This document shows positions 40,123 through 50,225 of a stretch of 64,000 nt of DNA, piece by piece; position 1 is the stretch's first letter; each line of letters opens with the position of its first letter. The DNA is from a virus. The DNA lies in IMG/VR virus record IMGVR_UViG_3300032268_001411, positions 1 through 64,000 of that record; one strand, 5' to 3'. The notes below the pieces were generated by a model that was not told the DNA's origin, searched no databases, and worked only from the letters and a program-made list of their open reading frames with translations. The position numbers and the translations under genes were made by a program.

Positions 40123-42099
40123 ATGAATAAGTTAGAAATAATTGACAAAATCTTACAAGATGAAGGAAACCGATTAAGAGAATCATATTTCATCAAAAAT
40201 AGTCCCCATATTCTGGATGAAATATTGCAATATTGCACTAATATTACTCACATACCTTTCAAACAGAAAATTTGGCACTGGGTGAATGATAATCCAAATG
40301 AATACCTTTGTAAATGTGGTAACACAACAACTTTCAATAGAAACTGGAAAGATGGTTATAGAAAATATTGTTCGGCTAAATGCTCAGCAACTGACACTTC
40401 TACAAAAGAAAAACGTAAAAACACAAATGTTCAAAAATATGGGGTTGATAATGTTGCTAAAGCAGATAGCATTAAAAATAAACAAATGGAAACTAATTTA
40501 GATAGATATGGTACTAAATCATCTGCTCAAAACGAAGAAGTTAAAAAGAAATATAAAAATACTATTAAGAAGAAATATGGAACTGAATATTATTTTCAAT
40601 CAGATGATTTTAAATTGAAATCAATGGATTCCAATTTAGAAAAGTATGGAACTCATTTTACCAAAACAGAAGAATATAAAGAAAAAACTAAGAAAACTAA
40701 TTTAGAAAAATTTAATAATGAGTGGTACACACAAACAGAAGAGTATAAAGAGAGATATAAAAAAACTTCTTTAGAAAAATGGGGTGTTGAAAGCTTTCTA
40801 CAATCAGAAGAACTTAGAAACATTTTAAAAAATAATAAGCCCGAAATAATAGAGAAAATTAAAAAAACATCACTACATAAATGGGGTGTTGAATGGTATA
40901 ACAAAACCGATGATTTTAGGAATAAAATAAAGGAAAAGTGGGAAAGTGGTGTCTATTCGAATATAAAATCAAAATCGATAATTACAAATAATCTTTTATA
41001 TGGATTTGATTGGTTTACTCAAACAGAAGAATGGAGGAATTATTTAAAGTCTGATGAATTTAGGAATAAAATAAAATACTCACTTATTGAAAAATCTAGC
41101 GAACATTATAAAAATATAGGATATGTTCTATTGGATATTGAAAATGACTTTGTTACATTAAAGGGTAACTGTGGACACACATTCAAAATAAAAATCTACA
41201 ATGCGAGTAGAAGGAACATCAATGGATTAATTGTATGTACAGAATGTAATCCAATTAATATAAGCCAATCTGGTTCTGAAATAAACCTCGTGAGTTGGCT
41301 AAATCAACATATAGAATTAGAAACAAAAAACAGAAGTCAAATTTCACCACTTGAGCTAGATATATACATTTCTTCTAAAAGTGTTGCAATTGAATATAAT
41401 GGACTATATTGGCATTCAGAACTTTACAAAAACAAGAAATATCATTTAGAAAAACTTCTAAGATGTAATGAAGTCGGTATAGACTTAATTCAAGTTTGGG
41501 AAGATGATTGGTTAGAAAGACAAGAAATAGTTAAGTCTATAATCCTCTCTAGACTTGGATTGATTCAAAATAAAATTGGTGCGAGAAAGTGCCATATCGA
41601 ATTTATCCAGGATAGAAATTTAGTGAATAATTTTTTTGATAACAATCATATACAAGGAAAGACTAATTATAAGTTTGCTGTTGGGTTGTTTTATAATGAA
41701 GAATTAGTTTCTTGTATGTTATTCAATAAACCAAAAAAGGATTTTGAATTAGTAAGATTCGCTAATAAAATAAATTTAACTGTGAGTGGGGCAGCATCAA
41801 GACTATTTAAATATTTCAACGATAATCAAGATGTTTCTGAGATAGTTTCATTTGCCGATAGGGCAACTTTTAATGGTAATTTATATAGGGAATTAGGTTT
41901 TGAATTTGTCCATAGGACGGAACCAAATTTTTGGTGGATAGTAGACGGCAGAAGAAAACATAGATTTACTTATAATAAACAGAAATTAATAAAGGCTGGT
42001 GGTGATCCGAATAAAACTGAAGTCCAAATAATGAATGAAATGGGATATCAAAGAATATTTGGATGTGGACAAGATAAATATGTTTATAAAAAACACTAA
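40123..42099 (+). CDS. Hef-like endonuclease + Mom-like GNAT fusion
   Basis: KYGVDN/KWGVE repeats; ELDIYISSKSVAIEYNGLYWHSE; GARKC...ELVRFA...IVSFADR. Confidence 0.75.
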   Translation: MNKLEIIDKILQDEGNRLRESYFIKNSPHILDEILQYCTNITHIPFKQKIWHWVNDNPNEYLCKCGNTTTFNRNWKDGYRKYCSAKCSATDTSTKEKRKNTNVQKYGVDNVAKADSIKNKQMETNLDRYGTKSSAQNEEVKKKYKNTIKKKYGTEYYFQSDDFKLKSMDSNLEKYGTHFTKTEEYKEKTKKTNLEKFNNEWYTQTEEYKERYKKTSLEKWGVESFLQSEELRNILKNNKPEIIEKIKKTSLHKWGVEWYNKTDDFRNKIKEKWESGVYSNIKSKSIITNNLLYGFDWFTQTEEWRNYLKSDEFRNKIKYSLIEKSSEHYKNIGYVLLDIENDFVTLKGNCGHTFKIKIYNASRRNINGLIVCTECNPINISQSGSEINLVSWLNQHIELETKNRSQISPLELDIYISSKSVAIEYNGLYWHSELYKNKKYHLEKLLRCNEVGIDLIQVWEDDWLERQEIVKSIILSRLGLIQNKIGARKCHIEFIQDRNLVNNFFDNNHIQGKTNYKFAVGLFYNEELVSCMLFNKPKKDFELVRFANKINLTVSGAASRLFKYFNDNQDVSEIVSFADRATFNGNLYRELGFEFVHRTEPNFWWIVDGRRKHRFTYNKQKLIKAGGDPNKTEVQIMNEMGYQRIFGCGQDKYVYKKH

Positions 42100-42184
42100 A
42101 AGTCTTCTTTTTATTAATAATTTACTTTATTGAATTTTTTTCTTTTTTTTCTTTAATATATACTATTAAAAATAATTTAAAACT

Positions 42185-42862
42185 ATGTCAAAACCCTATT
42201 TCAAAATCAATTCTGCTACTTATTCGAGTTCTCTTCTAACTATTAATTATACTTTTTGGAGAAACAGAGGTAGTGTTCTAGGTGGATCCGACTTAACAGT
42301 AACAGGTATTTCATCTACTTCTTCATTATCTTTCTATGAACCAGATATTTACAACTTGGGAGGTAAAACAAAATCTATTCAAGTAGTAAACCTACAAGGT
42401 GGTTCAGGTACTACATATGTCGATCCAGCTGCAATTGTATGGACATTCAGTGGTACGCCATCTACAACTACCAATGCTAAGCTTACAATAGATAATACAA
42501 TCTTAGGTTCTACCCAATTGTCTTCAGTAACAGCATCTAATAGTAATTTAGCGACGTTCTTAAGCTCAATTGCTAGTTCTATCGTTGGTAATAGCTCTGG
42601 GGTTTCTGCTGTTTCAACTTCAACAACCTTAACAGTTAGTGTACCAAATACCGGTAATAAATACAATAATAAAGCCTTAACGATTAATTTGACTCAAGGT
42701 AGTGGTGGTTCAACAATTGTTGGTACATCAAATCAAGGCTTGACTAATTCTGGCACGTTCTCAGGTGGTGTTACTAATTTCAGTATTGGATTATCTACCT
42801 TTAGAGGTGGATACGATCAAGAATATACTGTTTCTTCTTCAACATTCTCACTTATCCCATAA
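42185..42862 (+). CDS. S/T/G-rich virion decoration-like protein
   Basis: Beta-rich composition; shares a domain with an insertion in the tail sheath; late motif upstream. Confidence 0.55.
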   Translation: MSKPYFKINSATYSSSLLTINYTFWRNRGSVLGGSDLTVTGISSTSSLSFYEPDIYNLGGKTKSIQVVNLQGGSGTTYVDPAAIVWTFSGTPSTTTNAKLTIDNTILGSTQLSSVTASNSNLATFLSSIASSIVGNSSGVSAVSTSTTLTVSVPNTGNKYNNKALTINLTQGSGGSTIVGTSNQGLTNSGTFSGGVTNFSIGLSTFRGGYDQEYTVSSSTFSLIP

Positions 42863-42868
42863 GAAACT

Positions 42869-42903
42869 AAAAACCTCTTCTTAATTTGGGAAGAGGTTTT
42901 TTT
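42869..42903. terminator. Bidirectional terminator
   Basis: aaaacctcttc...gaagaggtttt. Confidence 0.75.
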
Positions 42904-42943
42904 AATTTAGTTAGAGAGTTCCAGTTTTATTGAAGGTGCTGAT

Positions 42944-44008
42944 TTAATTTGATAACTCACCTTTTATAGCTGGTCCAGATTTATACCCAAGTAATTTTAT
43001 ATCATCATATTCAATATCAAAAATAGATTTTTTACTAATTTGTATAGTTGGTAGTTTAAATGTAGGTAAATTAATTTGAAGCTTTGCTTGTTCTATGTGA
43101 TTTAAATATATATGCGCATCACCAATAGTAACTATCAATTCATCGGGTATCATATTAACTTCGTCAGATAATAAGTGAAGTAATAGACCATATGAGGAAA
43201 TATTAAAAGGACACCCTAAAAAAACATCGTTTGATCTGATATTGATTTTCAAACTTAATTTTCTTTTTGGAAAATTCAATTCATCTAATTTTTCCCACGT
43301 CATATCATCTCCAAATGAAATATGTTTACCTAAACTATGGCACCATTCTTCAACTCTTTCCACTTCTGTCATTTCATAAGTATAACATTGAAAGAAGTTA
43401 TGACACGGCCTCAACGCCATGCTTTTCAGATCAGCCACATTCCAGGCAGATACAATTAAGCCTCTATCATCTGGATTTGTCCTTAGGTCGTTGATTAGGT
43501 TTGCGATTTGGTCTATTTTTTTAAACTCCATGTAAGTATCGGACTCCATTGATGTATCTTTTCTATTAGATTTCCAACTTCTCCATTGCTGCCCATACAC
43601 CGGGCCGAGTTCACCCCACTTATGAGCAAATGCACCATTTGATTGTATTAAAGCAATAAACTCTTCTTTGGTGAAAGGTATTCCATTATCTAATCCCGCT
43701 GTCTCATTTGGATTTTTACTATGTTCTTTCAAGTACCTTTGATAAGCATCGCCATCCCAGATATGCACACTCCTATCAACTAAATATTTAATATTTGTTT
43801 CTCCTCTTAAAAACCAAATAAGTTCATGAATTACACCTTTGAAAAAGACTTTTTTTGAAGTTAAAATTGGGAATCCTTCCTGCATATTGAATCTCATTGT
43901 ATAGTCGAATACTGAAATGGTGCCTGTACCAGTTCTATCTTTTTTAACTCCACCCTTTGTAAGAATATGTTGAATCAATTCTTTATATTGTTTATCTACT
44001 GAATTCAT
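42944..44008 (-). CDS. thyA: Thymidylate synthase
   Basis: DRTGTGT, ELIWFLRG, LGPVYGQQWR, ALRPCH, RSNDVFLGCPFN, GDAHIY. Confidence 0.97.
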   Translation of the reverse strand: MNSVDKQYKELIQHILTKGGVKKDRTGTGTISVFDYTMRFNMQEGFPILTSKKVFFKGVIHELIWFLRGETNIKYLVDRSVHIWDGDAYQRYLKEHSKNPNETAGLDNGIPFTKEEFIALIQSNGAFAHKWGELGPVYGQQWRSWKSNRKDTSMESDTYMEFKKIDQIANLINDLRTNPDDRGLIVSAWNVADLKSMALRPCHNFFQCYTYEMTEVERVEEWCHSLGKHISFGDDMTWEKLDELNFPKRKLSLKINIRSNDVFLGCPFNISSYGLLLHLLSDEVNMIPDELIVTIGDAHIYLNHIEQAKLQINLPTFKLPTIQISKKSIFDIEYDDIKLLGYKSGPAIKGELSN

Positions 44009-44020
44009 ATAAAAACTTTT

Positions 44021-44833
44021 TTATATTTTATTCGCTTTCTTGGGTTTGTTTATTGAGTAAGGACATTCTTTTTCCCATTTTAGATTGAACCAGAATGTCC
44101 TACCTAGTTTATCCTTACAGGATAAACCTTTTTGATAATAAACCCAACTATCAAATTTTTCTGAATTCGTGTCAATTGGATTGTGCCACGTCATTAGTTG
44201 ACCCCCGTTGAATGAATATGCTGTCTCTGGGACACTTTTACATAAATCTAATATCTGAGGGTGGTTTTGAATTGCTACTCTCCCAGATAGAAAAGGATTG
44301 ATATCAGCGTAGTATAGTATGGTACTTCTGATATAGTTACCCACGCCATTAAAGTATTCTTGATTTAAGAGAACTTCACAGATTGGTTTATCAAATAACT
44401 TTTTATCTAAATTATCTATGATATTTTGTTTAAATTTGTCAAAGTCTAAGGTTGGGTCTGCTCCTCTTTTTGTTCCTTTGAAAGGTCCACCTACAGAATA
44501 TTTCGGACCCATCCATCCACCGTATAAAATTAAGGAGTGTCCAGTTTCATCATCGAATCTAAGTCGAATATATTTTGTTAAATCCCAATCTTTTGTAGTG
44601 ACATATTTCCAATTACCCATCATTCCCATAAATACGTGTATAGGGAATTTAGAATCTATATCTAAGATTAAGTCTTTTCCATAAGAACGAGCTTTAATAG
44701 TGACATTTTCTAATTGTGTTTGGAATGGTATTGGTATATTTCCCCTTTGCACGTGAAAGGCTCTAATAAATTTATTTTTTGAATTTAGATTTATAAAATC
44801 TGCGGATATTTTATATTCAGCAATTTCTGGCAT
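44021..44833 (-). CDS. Fpg/Nei-family DNA glycosylase
   Basis: Starts MPEIAE (catalytic Pro2/Glu3; ATG at 44833); GK; H2TH LLNQEYFNGVGNY; GRTFWF. Confidence 0.88.
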   Translation of the reverse strand: MPEIAEYKISADFINLNSKNKFIRAFHVQRGNIPIPFQTQLENVTIKARSYGKDLILDIDSKFPIHVFMGMMGNWKYVTTKDWDLTKYIRLRFDDETGHSLILYGGWMGPKYSVGGPFKGTKRGADPTLDFDKFKQNIIDNLDKKLFDKPICEVLLNQEYFNGVGNYIRSTILYYADINPFLSGRVAIQNHPQILDLCKSVPETAYSFNGGQLMTWHNPIDTNSEKFDSWVYYQKGLSCKDKLGRTFWFNLKWEKECPYSINKPKKANKI

Positions 44834-44891
44834 AAAAATTTTGATTAAAGATTGATTTTCTAAATATATACAATAAAATAAAAAAGAAGTT

Positions 44892-45083
44892 ATGAAACAA
44901 GAAGGAGATTTAATTAAAAGCACTACAAATATTTCCAAAGAAGAACTTAATCTTCTAAGAGAAAAATTTGTAGTAGAGTATTCTAAAAAGAAAGGTTGGG
45001 ATAAAAATAACCTATCAACAAATCAAATGATGGAGATTGTTGAACAAAAGCAATACCGGAATCCTGGTATTATCCTAAGTTAA
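44892..45083 (+). CDS. Small hypothetical protein (63 aa)
   Basis: AATATATA motif upstream; plausible helical ORF. Confidence 0.6.
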   Translation: MKQEGDLIKSTTNISKEELNLLREKFVVEYSKKKGWDKNNLSTNQMMEIVEQKQYRNPGIILS

Positions 45084-46036
45084 AGTTCATCAATATAAAT
45101 TTTGAGTTCATCTCTTGAACCAATGTATATGTTCCGACCTTCACCTAAATCACAATAACAATCTTGACCATCCCATTCGATTTCAAATGGGTTATAATCA
45201 CAAGAGCTCTTTATGAAATTGTGAATTAAGACTTTTTCAGACTCAATTTTATCATCAGGGAAATCTTCGAGTTCTAAATCAAAGTCTAAATCTATATCCA
45301 AATCTTCAAAATCCTCAGGTGTATTTCTAATAATTGGTAATGATTCCCAATCAACTTTTACACATGCTTTACAAAGTTTAACAAGATATTGAATATCTTG
45401 TTTTTCATTTGTAGTGTGTTCACCATAATAACCTACTGAGATATTAGTACACTCATTTACAATATCTATAAATTGAGCAGAATCTGTTAAAACACCAGTA
45501 TCATCTGGTACTAATTGCAAAGTCTCATCCGCCTTACTAAATTCCTCTGAGAGTGCAAGTGCAAATTGATTAGAACAACATCTTCCCATCCATTGTTCGG
45601 TGATAATTGAATGTGTACCCCTTCTATCAAATGAAACTACTTTAGTGATCATCTTTTCTCTAAAATCACTGGACAAGGCACGGCTTCCGATACATCCTAC
45701 TTCTTCACCTTTGAAGAAATAATAAAGCCCTGGTACTTTTTGATTTATCATATAGAGTAGTACAGTCATTCCGGCTTTATCGTCTGCTCCTAAAATAGTT
45801 GTACCATCTGATTGGATATAATTATCTTTAAAAGTATGTTTGATATTGACGAATTCTCTTGAGGCTGTATCTAAGTGACAAGTAAACATGGTTGAATACC
45901 CTTCACCGATGCTTATGAAGTAGTTACCAAATTTGTCCTTTTTACATCCGTTTGGTAGAAATCTTTCTAAGAGGTGTTCCATACCGTAGGGAATGGTTGT
46001 TTTGGTTAGTTGTAAAAACTTTTTCTTAATTCTCAT
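45080..46036 (-). CDS. M28/M20-family zinc peptidase
   Basis: CHLDT, LGADDKAG, GEEVG, SFDRRG, TDS, NISVGYYGEHT. Confidence 0.88.
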   Translation of the reverse strand: MRIKKKFLQLTKTTIPYGMEHLLERFLPNGCKKDKFGNYFISIGEGYSTMFTCHLDTASREFVNIKHTFKDNYIQSDGTTILGADDKAGMTVLLYMINQKVPGLYYFFKGEEVGCIGSRALSSDFREKMITKVVSFDRRGTHSIITEQWMGRCCSNQFALALSEEFSKADETLQLVPDDTGVLTDSAQFIDIVNECTNISVGYYGEHTTNEKQDIQYLVKLCKACVKVDWESLPIIRNTPEDFEDLDIDLDFDLELEDFPDDKIESEKVLIHNFIKSSCDYNPFEIEWDGQDCYCDLGEGRNIYIGSRDELKIYIDEL

Positions 46037-46058
46037 TTAACATTATTTAAAATATGTC

Positions 46059-46068
46059 TGCAAATATA
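46059..46068 (-). promoter_or_regulatory. Bacteroidota-type -7 promoter element (TATATTTGCA)
   Basis: Matches TAnnTTTG(CA) just upstream of the peptidase start. Confidence 0.55.
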
Positions 46069-46141
46069 TTAATTATTTTCTATTTGTCCTAATTTTCAAA
46101 CAAAAAAATTAAAATAAACTATAATAAAAAAAATCTTTTTA

Positions 46142-46894
46142 ATGAACAATACTCATGTACCAAAATTCACCTATGTCATACCTTTCAGATATAGAGCTGA
46201 TAGAATTATTCCACTAAGAAGAGTTGTCGATTTAATAAACGGATTTCAAGGTTCTGAAATCATGATTATTGAACAAGATAAACACTCTAAAATCTCACAC
46301 TTAAATTTAAAAGCTAAACATATTTTCATCGAAAGTGATTTACCTTTCAATAAGTCTTGGGCTTACAATGTTGCTCTTAAAAGAGTTATTTCTCCAGTAA
46401 TTATTTTTGCTGATGCTGACTTTATTATGAATCCAAATGAGCTTATAGAATCTTTAAAGGCTTTAGAGGATTGTGATTGTGTTATACCTACTTCTAATAT
46501 TGTAAATTTAACACCGGCTGAAAGTGCTGGTGACTTGAATCAAATATTTTCTATCAAGAAACCTGGTTATAAATCTGCCCTTACAAATGGCGCAGTTTTA
46601 TTTAAAAAGGAAGCTATTCAAAAAATTGGTGGTTGGAATGAGGATTTTATAGGAATAAGTCAAGAGAATCAATTCCAGGACATAAAAATAAAAGCTTTAT
46701 TGAACTTTAAGGAACTCCATTATACGGGTTATCATTTGTTTCACAGACAAGATCCACCTGATTCTACATTTTTTCAGCGTAATAATCAAATAATGGATAC
46801 TTATAGAAATGCTACATCTGATATTTTAAATCAACATATTTCTCAAACTGTTTATAAGATGGGATTTAAGAATAAATTTTCCGGTTTATATTAA
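46142..46894 (+). CDS. GT-A fold glycosyltransferase (GT2/GT7-like)
   Basis: YVIPFR, IIEQ, FNKSWAYN, FADAD, IGGWNEDFIG, HLFH. Confidence 0.8.
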   Translation: MNNTHVPKFTYVIPFRYRADRIIPLRRVVDLINGFQGSEIMIIEQDKHSKISHLNLKAKHIFIESDLPFNKSWAYNVALKRVISPVIIFADADFIMNPNELIESLKALEDCDCVIPTSNIVNLTPAESAGDLNQIFSIKKPGYKSALTNGAVLFKKEAIQKIGGWNEDFIGISQENQFQDIKIKALLNFKELHYTGYHLFHRQDPPDSTFFQRNNQIMDTYRNATSDILNQHISQTVYKMGFKNKFSGLY

Positions 46895-46897
46895 TCA

Positions 46898-46929
46898 AAA
46901 AAGGATATATTTCAAAAATATATCCTTTT
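46898..46929. terminator. Bidirectional terminator
   Basis: aaaaggatatatt...aatatatcctttt. Confidence 0.7.
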
Positions 46930-47500
46930 ATTTTGTTTCTACTCTAAGTTTTTCATACTTCATTAATAACTTGTAGAGTTTATCCCATTCTATTTCAATA
47001 TTACCAACTTCCTTTTTAACCCAATTGTTGTTATTATAGTATTCGACTACCATTCCCTTTCTGAGTTCTTCTTTTTTCTTTGGAAAATAGTATTTCTTAT
47101 TTTCTAAAAAAGTAAATGACATACCATTATAAAGATAAGTTCTATCTTTCATTTCTGAATCATATAGCACTAAACTTAGATTCTTTTCAGAACCATCAGA
47201 CATAATTTTATTTACAAAATCATAATCACGATATTTAACTATTACAGATTCTTGCTCGAATTTGTCCATAAGATAAATAGCATCAAATCTTAGATTATCA
47301 TTAGTATCTTCTGTGAAGGCTAGAAATGCCTTTTCATGCCTATTTTTGTAATATCCTTGTACTTGTAAGATAGTATAGTCTTTTGAGTAAAGAATACTGC
47401 AAATTCTTTCACAATTGACATCATTCTCTAATTTTGAGTTATAGGATTTTTCTGGAGAGATGAGTATATAGCTTAATTTCTTATCTAATAGATTTAACAT
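46928..47500 (-). CDS. Hypothetical protein
   Basis: 190-aa ORF with TAATATATA upstream. Confidence 0.6.
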   Translation of the reverse strand: MLNLLDKKLSYILISPEKSYNSKLENDVNCERICSILYSKDYTILQVQGYYKNRHEKAFLAFTEDTNDNLRFDAIYLMDKFEQESVIVKYRDYDFVNKIMSDGSEKNLSLVLYDSEMKDRTYLYNGMSFTFLENKKYYFPKKKEELRKGMVVEYYNNNNWVKKEVGNIEIEWDKLYKLLMKYEKLRVETK

Positions 47501-47532
47501 AGCTTATATATTAAATAAGTCAAGTATAAAAA

Positions 47533-48780
47533 TCAAAAATTAAATTCTTCTTTAATTTTTTGATTAAAAATTTGTTCTATTTTCAATTTATGTTTTTTCG
47601 CACAGATTATACTATCGTGTACAGTAATCAATTTTACTTCTGGATAGATATCCATTACTTCCTTAATAATTTTATTAAAGATTAAATTTGATTCCAAGTG
47701 TTGTAGCTTGTGCGCTAAGATTTTATAGTTTTTATTTTTGGTTTTAAAGTCTTTAATAAAATCATAAATTGTTGGAAAAAATTTAGAGAATAATTTGGTT
47801 GACTTCGAATTATTATTTTTGCCAAAAAGTACTTTATAGATATGTTCTTTTATAACCCCCTTTTCCTTAATCTCGGAATTATCAATAAAGAAGTCGTAGA
47901 AAAGTCCATTTATTGTAAGATATCTAAATAGATTCAATTCTGATAGGGATATTCTATTATCATCTACACTATTTATAATTAGGTTAAGAAAAAGTGGCTG
48001 ACTATTTTTAATGTCAAATTCGATAGTCTCATCCCCTTCTATTTTTAGACAATTTTTTCTGATAAATGATTTAAGAATAGTAAAATTGGTATGAAATCTA
48101 CCAAAGTCATCAAAATGATAAAAGAGTTGATTCACATTAATACATTCAACACTATATTTATTTCTATTGTAGATATCGACATCTTGTAAAGTAGAATCTA
48201 AAAAGAAAATTGATTTTTCATATTCGATTTCCACTGAATACAAATCATTAATTAATTTGATTTTAACTTCTGGTAAAATTTTATTACTAAGATTCTTCTC
48301 TACTTCTATTTCAGATATAGAATTTTTGTGTTTTTTTAATAAAACTTTATCATAGTTTCTATAACGATTGATTTTACCACCAATTATATCATCACTCAAT
48401 TTATAAATTCTGGAGTTTTTTCCTTGTAGATAATTTTGAACTAAAATTAAATGGTTTACATTTACCAAATAGTCAATATAGTAGTTATATAAGTATCCAT
48501 ATTTATCTTTTAGTACAATTGAAGATAAATTAAACAGATTTTCTTTTTTGAAATAGTATTTTAGGATTAAGGTGTGTACTAAATCTATGATGTAGGCGGA
48601 TTTTAGCTTCTTTTCTTTCCATTCAAAAAATTCCGAATTGGATAAACTGGATAATGATTGTGGTAAAAATTGAACACTGAATTTCTTTTCAGTTTTTTTG
48701 ATTTCGAATTTTACCTTAGGTTTATATTCTATGACTTCACACATATCAATTATAAATTGATATGTGTGAAGTGTTTTCAC
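47533..48780 (-). CDS. Compact family-A polymerase-like protein with putative N-terminal wHTH
   Basis: GRFHTNF, EFDIKNSQP (motif A), K...KVLFG (B), LQHLES, TVHDSI (C); no exonuclease domain. Confidence 0.65.
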   Translation of the reverse strand: MKTLHTYQFIIDMCEVIEYKPKVKFEIKKTEKKFSVQFLPQSLSSLSNSEFFEWKEKKLKSAYIIDLVHTLILKYYFKKENLFNLSSIVLKDKYGYLYNYYIDYLVNVNHLILVQNYLQGKNSRIYKLSDDIIGGKINRYRNYDKVLLKKHKNSISEIEVEKNLSNKILPEVKIKLINDLYSVEIEYEKSIFFLDSTLQDVDIYNRNKYSVECINVNQLFYHFDDFGRFHTNFTILKSFIRKNCLKIEGDETIEFDIKNSQPLFLNLIINSVDDNRISLSELNLFRYLTINGLFYDFFIDNSEIKEKGVIKEHIYKVLFGKNNNSKSTKLFSKFFPTIYDFIKDFKTKNKNYKILAHKLQHLESNLIFNKIIKEVMDIYPEVKLITVHDSIICAKKHKLKIEQIFNQKIKEEFNF

Positions 48781-48831
48781 CTTTCAAAAGTTTAGTTAAT
48801 ATTTTATTAAAATTAAAAAAACTGGAATTTT

Positions 48832-50160
48832 TTAAATTCCAGCTTTCATATCTTTACCTTTATCCGGTACTCCACCTAACTTACCTTTTTTCTTTTTAGT
48901 TTCTTCACCTTCCTTTTCAATTTCATTGTAAACATCTGGATATACCTGTTCGGCACCATCAACGTCATATTTTACGTCAAACCATTTTGAAAAATCAACT
49001 AAACCTGTTCTCATTAATTCCGTTTCACCTTTTCTTTTATAGAACTCATCTATTTTAGATTGAATTTTATCAACAAAGGTATTGAAAATTACTAAAGTTG
49101 CATCAGTAAATAAACCAACTGGTTTTTTCCTTTTTTTATTGAATGAACCTAAAATCACTTTGAAAATATATTCGAACTTTTTATTTTCACTAATGATTTC
49201 TTTAGTCATTTTATTTGGAATTAGTTCTGTGTTGATTCTGAATTTATCTTTATCGAAAAATTGAGGTACAACAAAGTCAAAATTCATAAGGTCTTCTTTA
49301 ACTTCAGTTAAATAGATGTTAAAAATTTTACATATTAGGTAGATATAAATTTCTTCTCTTTTAGAACCTTTCAATTTAATCTCATTCATGTTTATCGACC
49401 CACAGAAGTTTAAAAAATTAATTAAGATTAAACTATAGATTTCAACGAAATCGGTTGAATTTGATTCTGAAAATCTAGTATATAGTGGATTCAATATTTC
49501 GAATGATACATCTAATCCATCAACATTAATTACAATTTTCTCAAGGTTCTTTTGAAAATCATCATTCATTAAAAATGAATTTTTGATTTGAGGATTCAGT
49601 AATTTATAGAAGAAGTAGGCAAACGATTTTTCACCGAACACATATTCCAAATCCCCCTCACTTGTATTTAAGAAGTATTTGATAGCTTCTTTTGAGTGAC
49701 TATTTAATGTGCCTTTAAAGATATAAGGAATTACATCTACTTCAAATAGTCTTGAATATTCGTCTAATTCTTCTGGTGTATAGTTAAATTTGCCGTTTTT
49801 GCAAATAGAAGTAAGTACGAGATTATTTTTTGGTATTCTGTTGTATTCAATGTTGGCTGGCTGTGGATCTGGAAAAAATTCAAAACAAAACCACCATTTT
49901 TTATCCATTAGACCCTTTACTCGGTCGCTAAAACTAAGAAAATAGTTTATAGCTTTATTATAGTAATTTTGTAGAGTTAGATCTATTAGATTGAGTGGAT
50001 CGTTAGAAATAGATTTGGCTTTTATTTGAAATTCTTGACCATTCCAGTTAACGAATATTTTAGAACCTTGTATGTCTTCGAATACGGTGATTTCTGAATT
50101 AAGAATTTTATCGATTAATTCGTCATCTTTAATTTGATTTAAAGTTATTAATTTACCCAT
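48832..50160 (-). CDS. RNA-ligase-fold protein, probably inactive
   Basis: VFEDIQGSK in place of EKxDG; FCFEFF, LVLTSI, IPYIFKG and EKIVI occur in ligase motif order. Confidence 0.45.
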   Translation of the reverse strand: MGKLITLNQIKDDELIDKILNSEITVFEDIQGSKIFVNWNGQEFQIKAKSISNDPLNLIDLTLQNYYNKAINYFLSFSDRVKGLMDKKWWFCFEFFPDPQPANIEYNRIPKNNLVLTSICKNGKFNYTPEELDEYSRLFEVDVIPYIFKGTLNSHSKEAIKYFLNTSEGDLEYVFGEKSFAYFFYKLLNPQIKNSFLMNDDFQKNLEKIVINVDGLDVSFEILNPLYTRFSESNSTDFVEIYSLILINFLNFCGSINMNEIKLKGSKREEIYIYLICKIFNIYLTEVKEDLMNFDFVVPQFFDKDKFRINTELIPNKMTKEIISENKKFEYIFKVILGSFNKKRKKPVGLFTDATLVIFNTFVDKIQSKIDEFYKRKGETELMRTGLVDFSKWFDVKYDVDGAEQVYPDVYNEIEKEGEETKKKKGKLGGVPDKGKDMKAGI

Positions 50161-50225
50161 ATAGATTAATTTTTTGTTTTTAATTTTCTATTATTTAATA
50201 TATATAAAAAAAAGTAAGTTTAATT

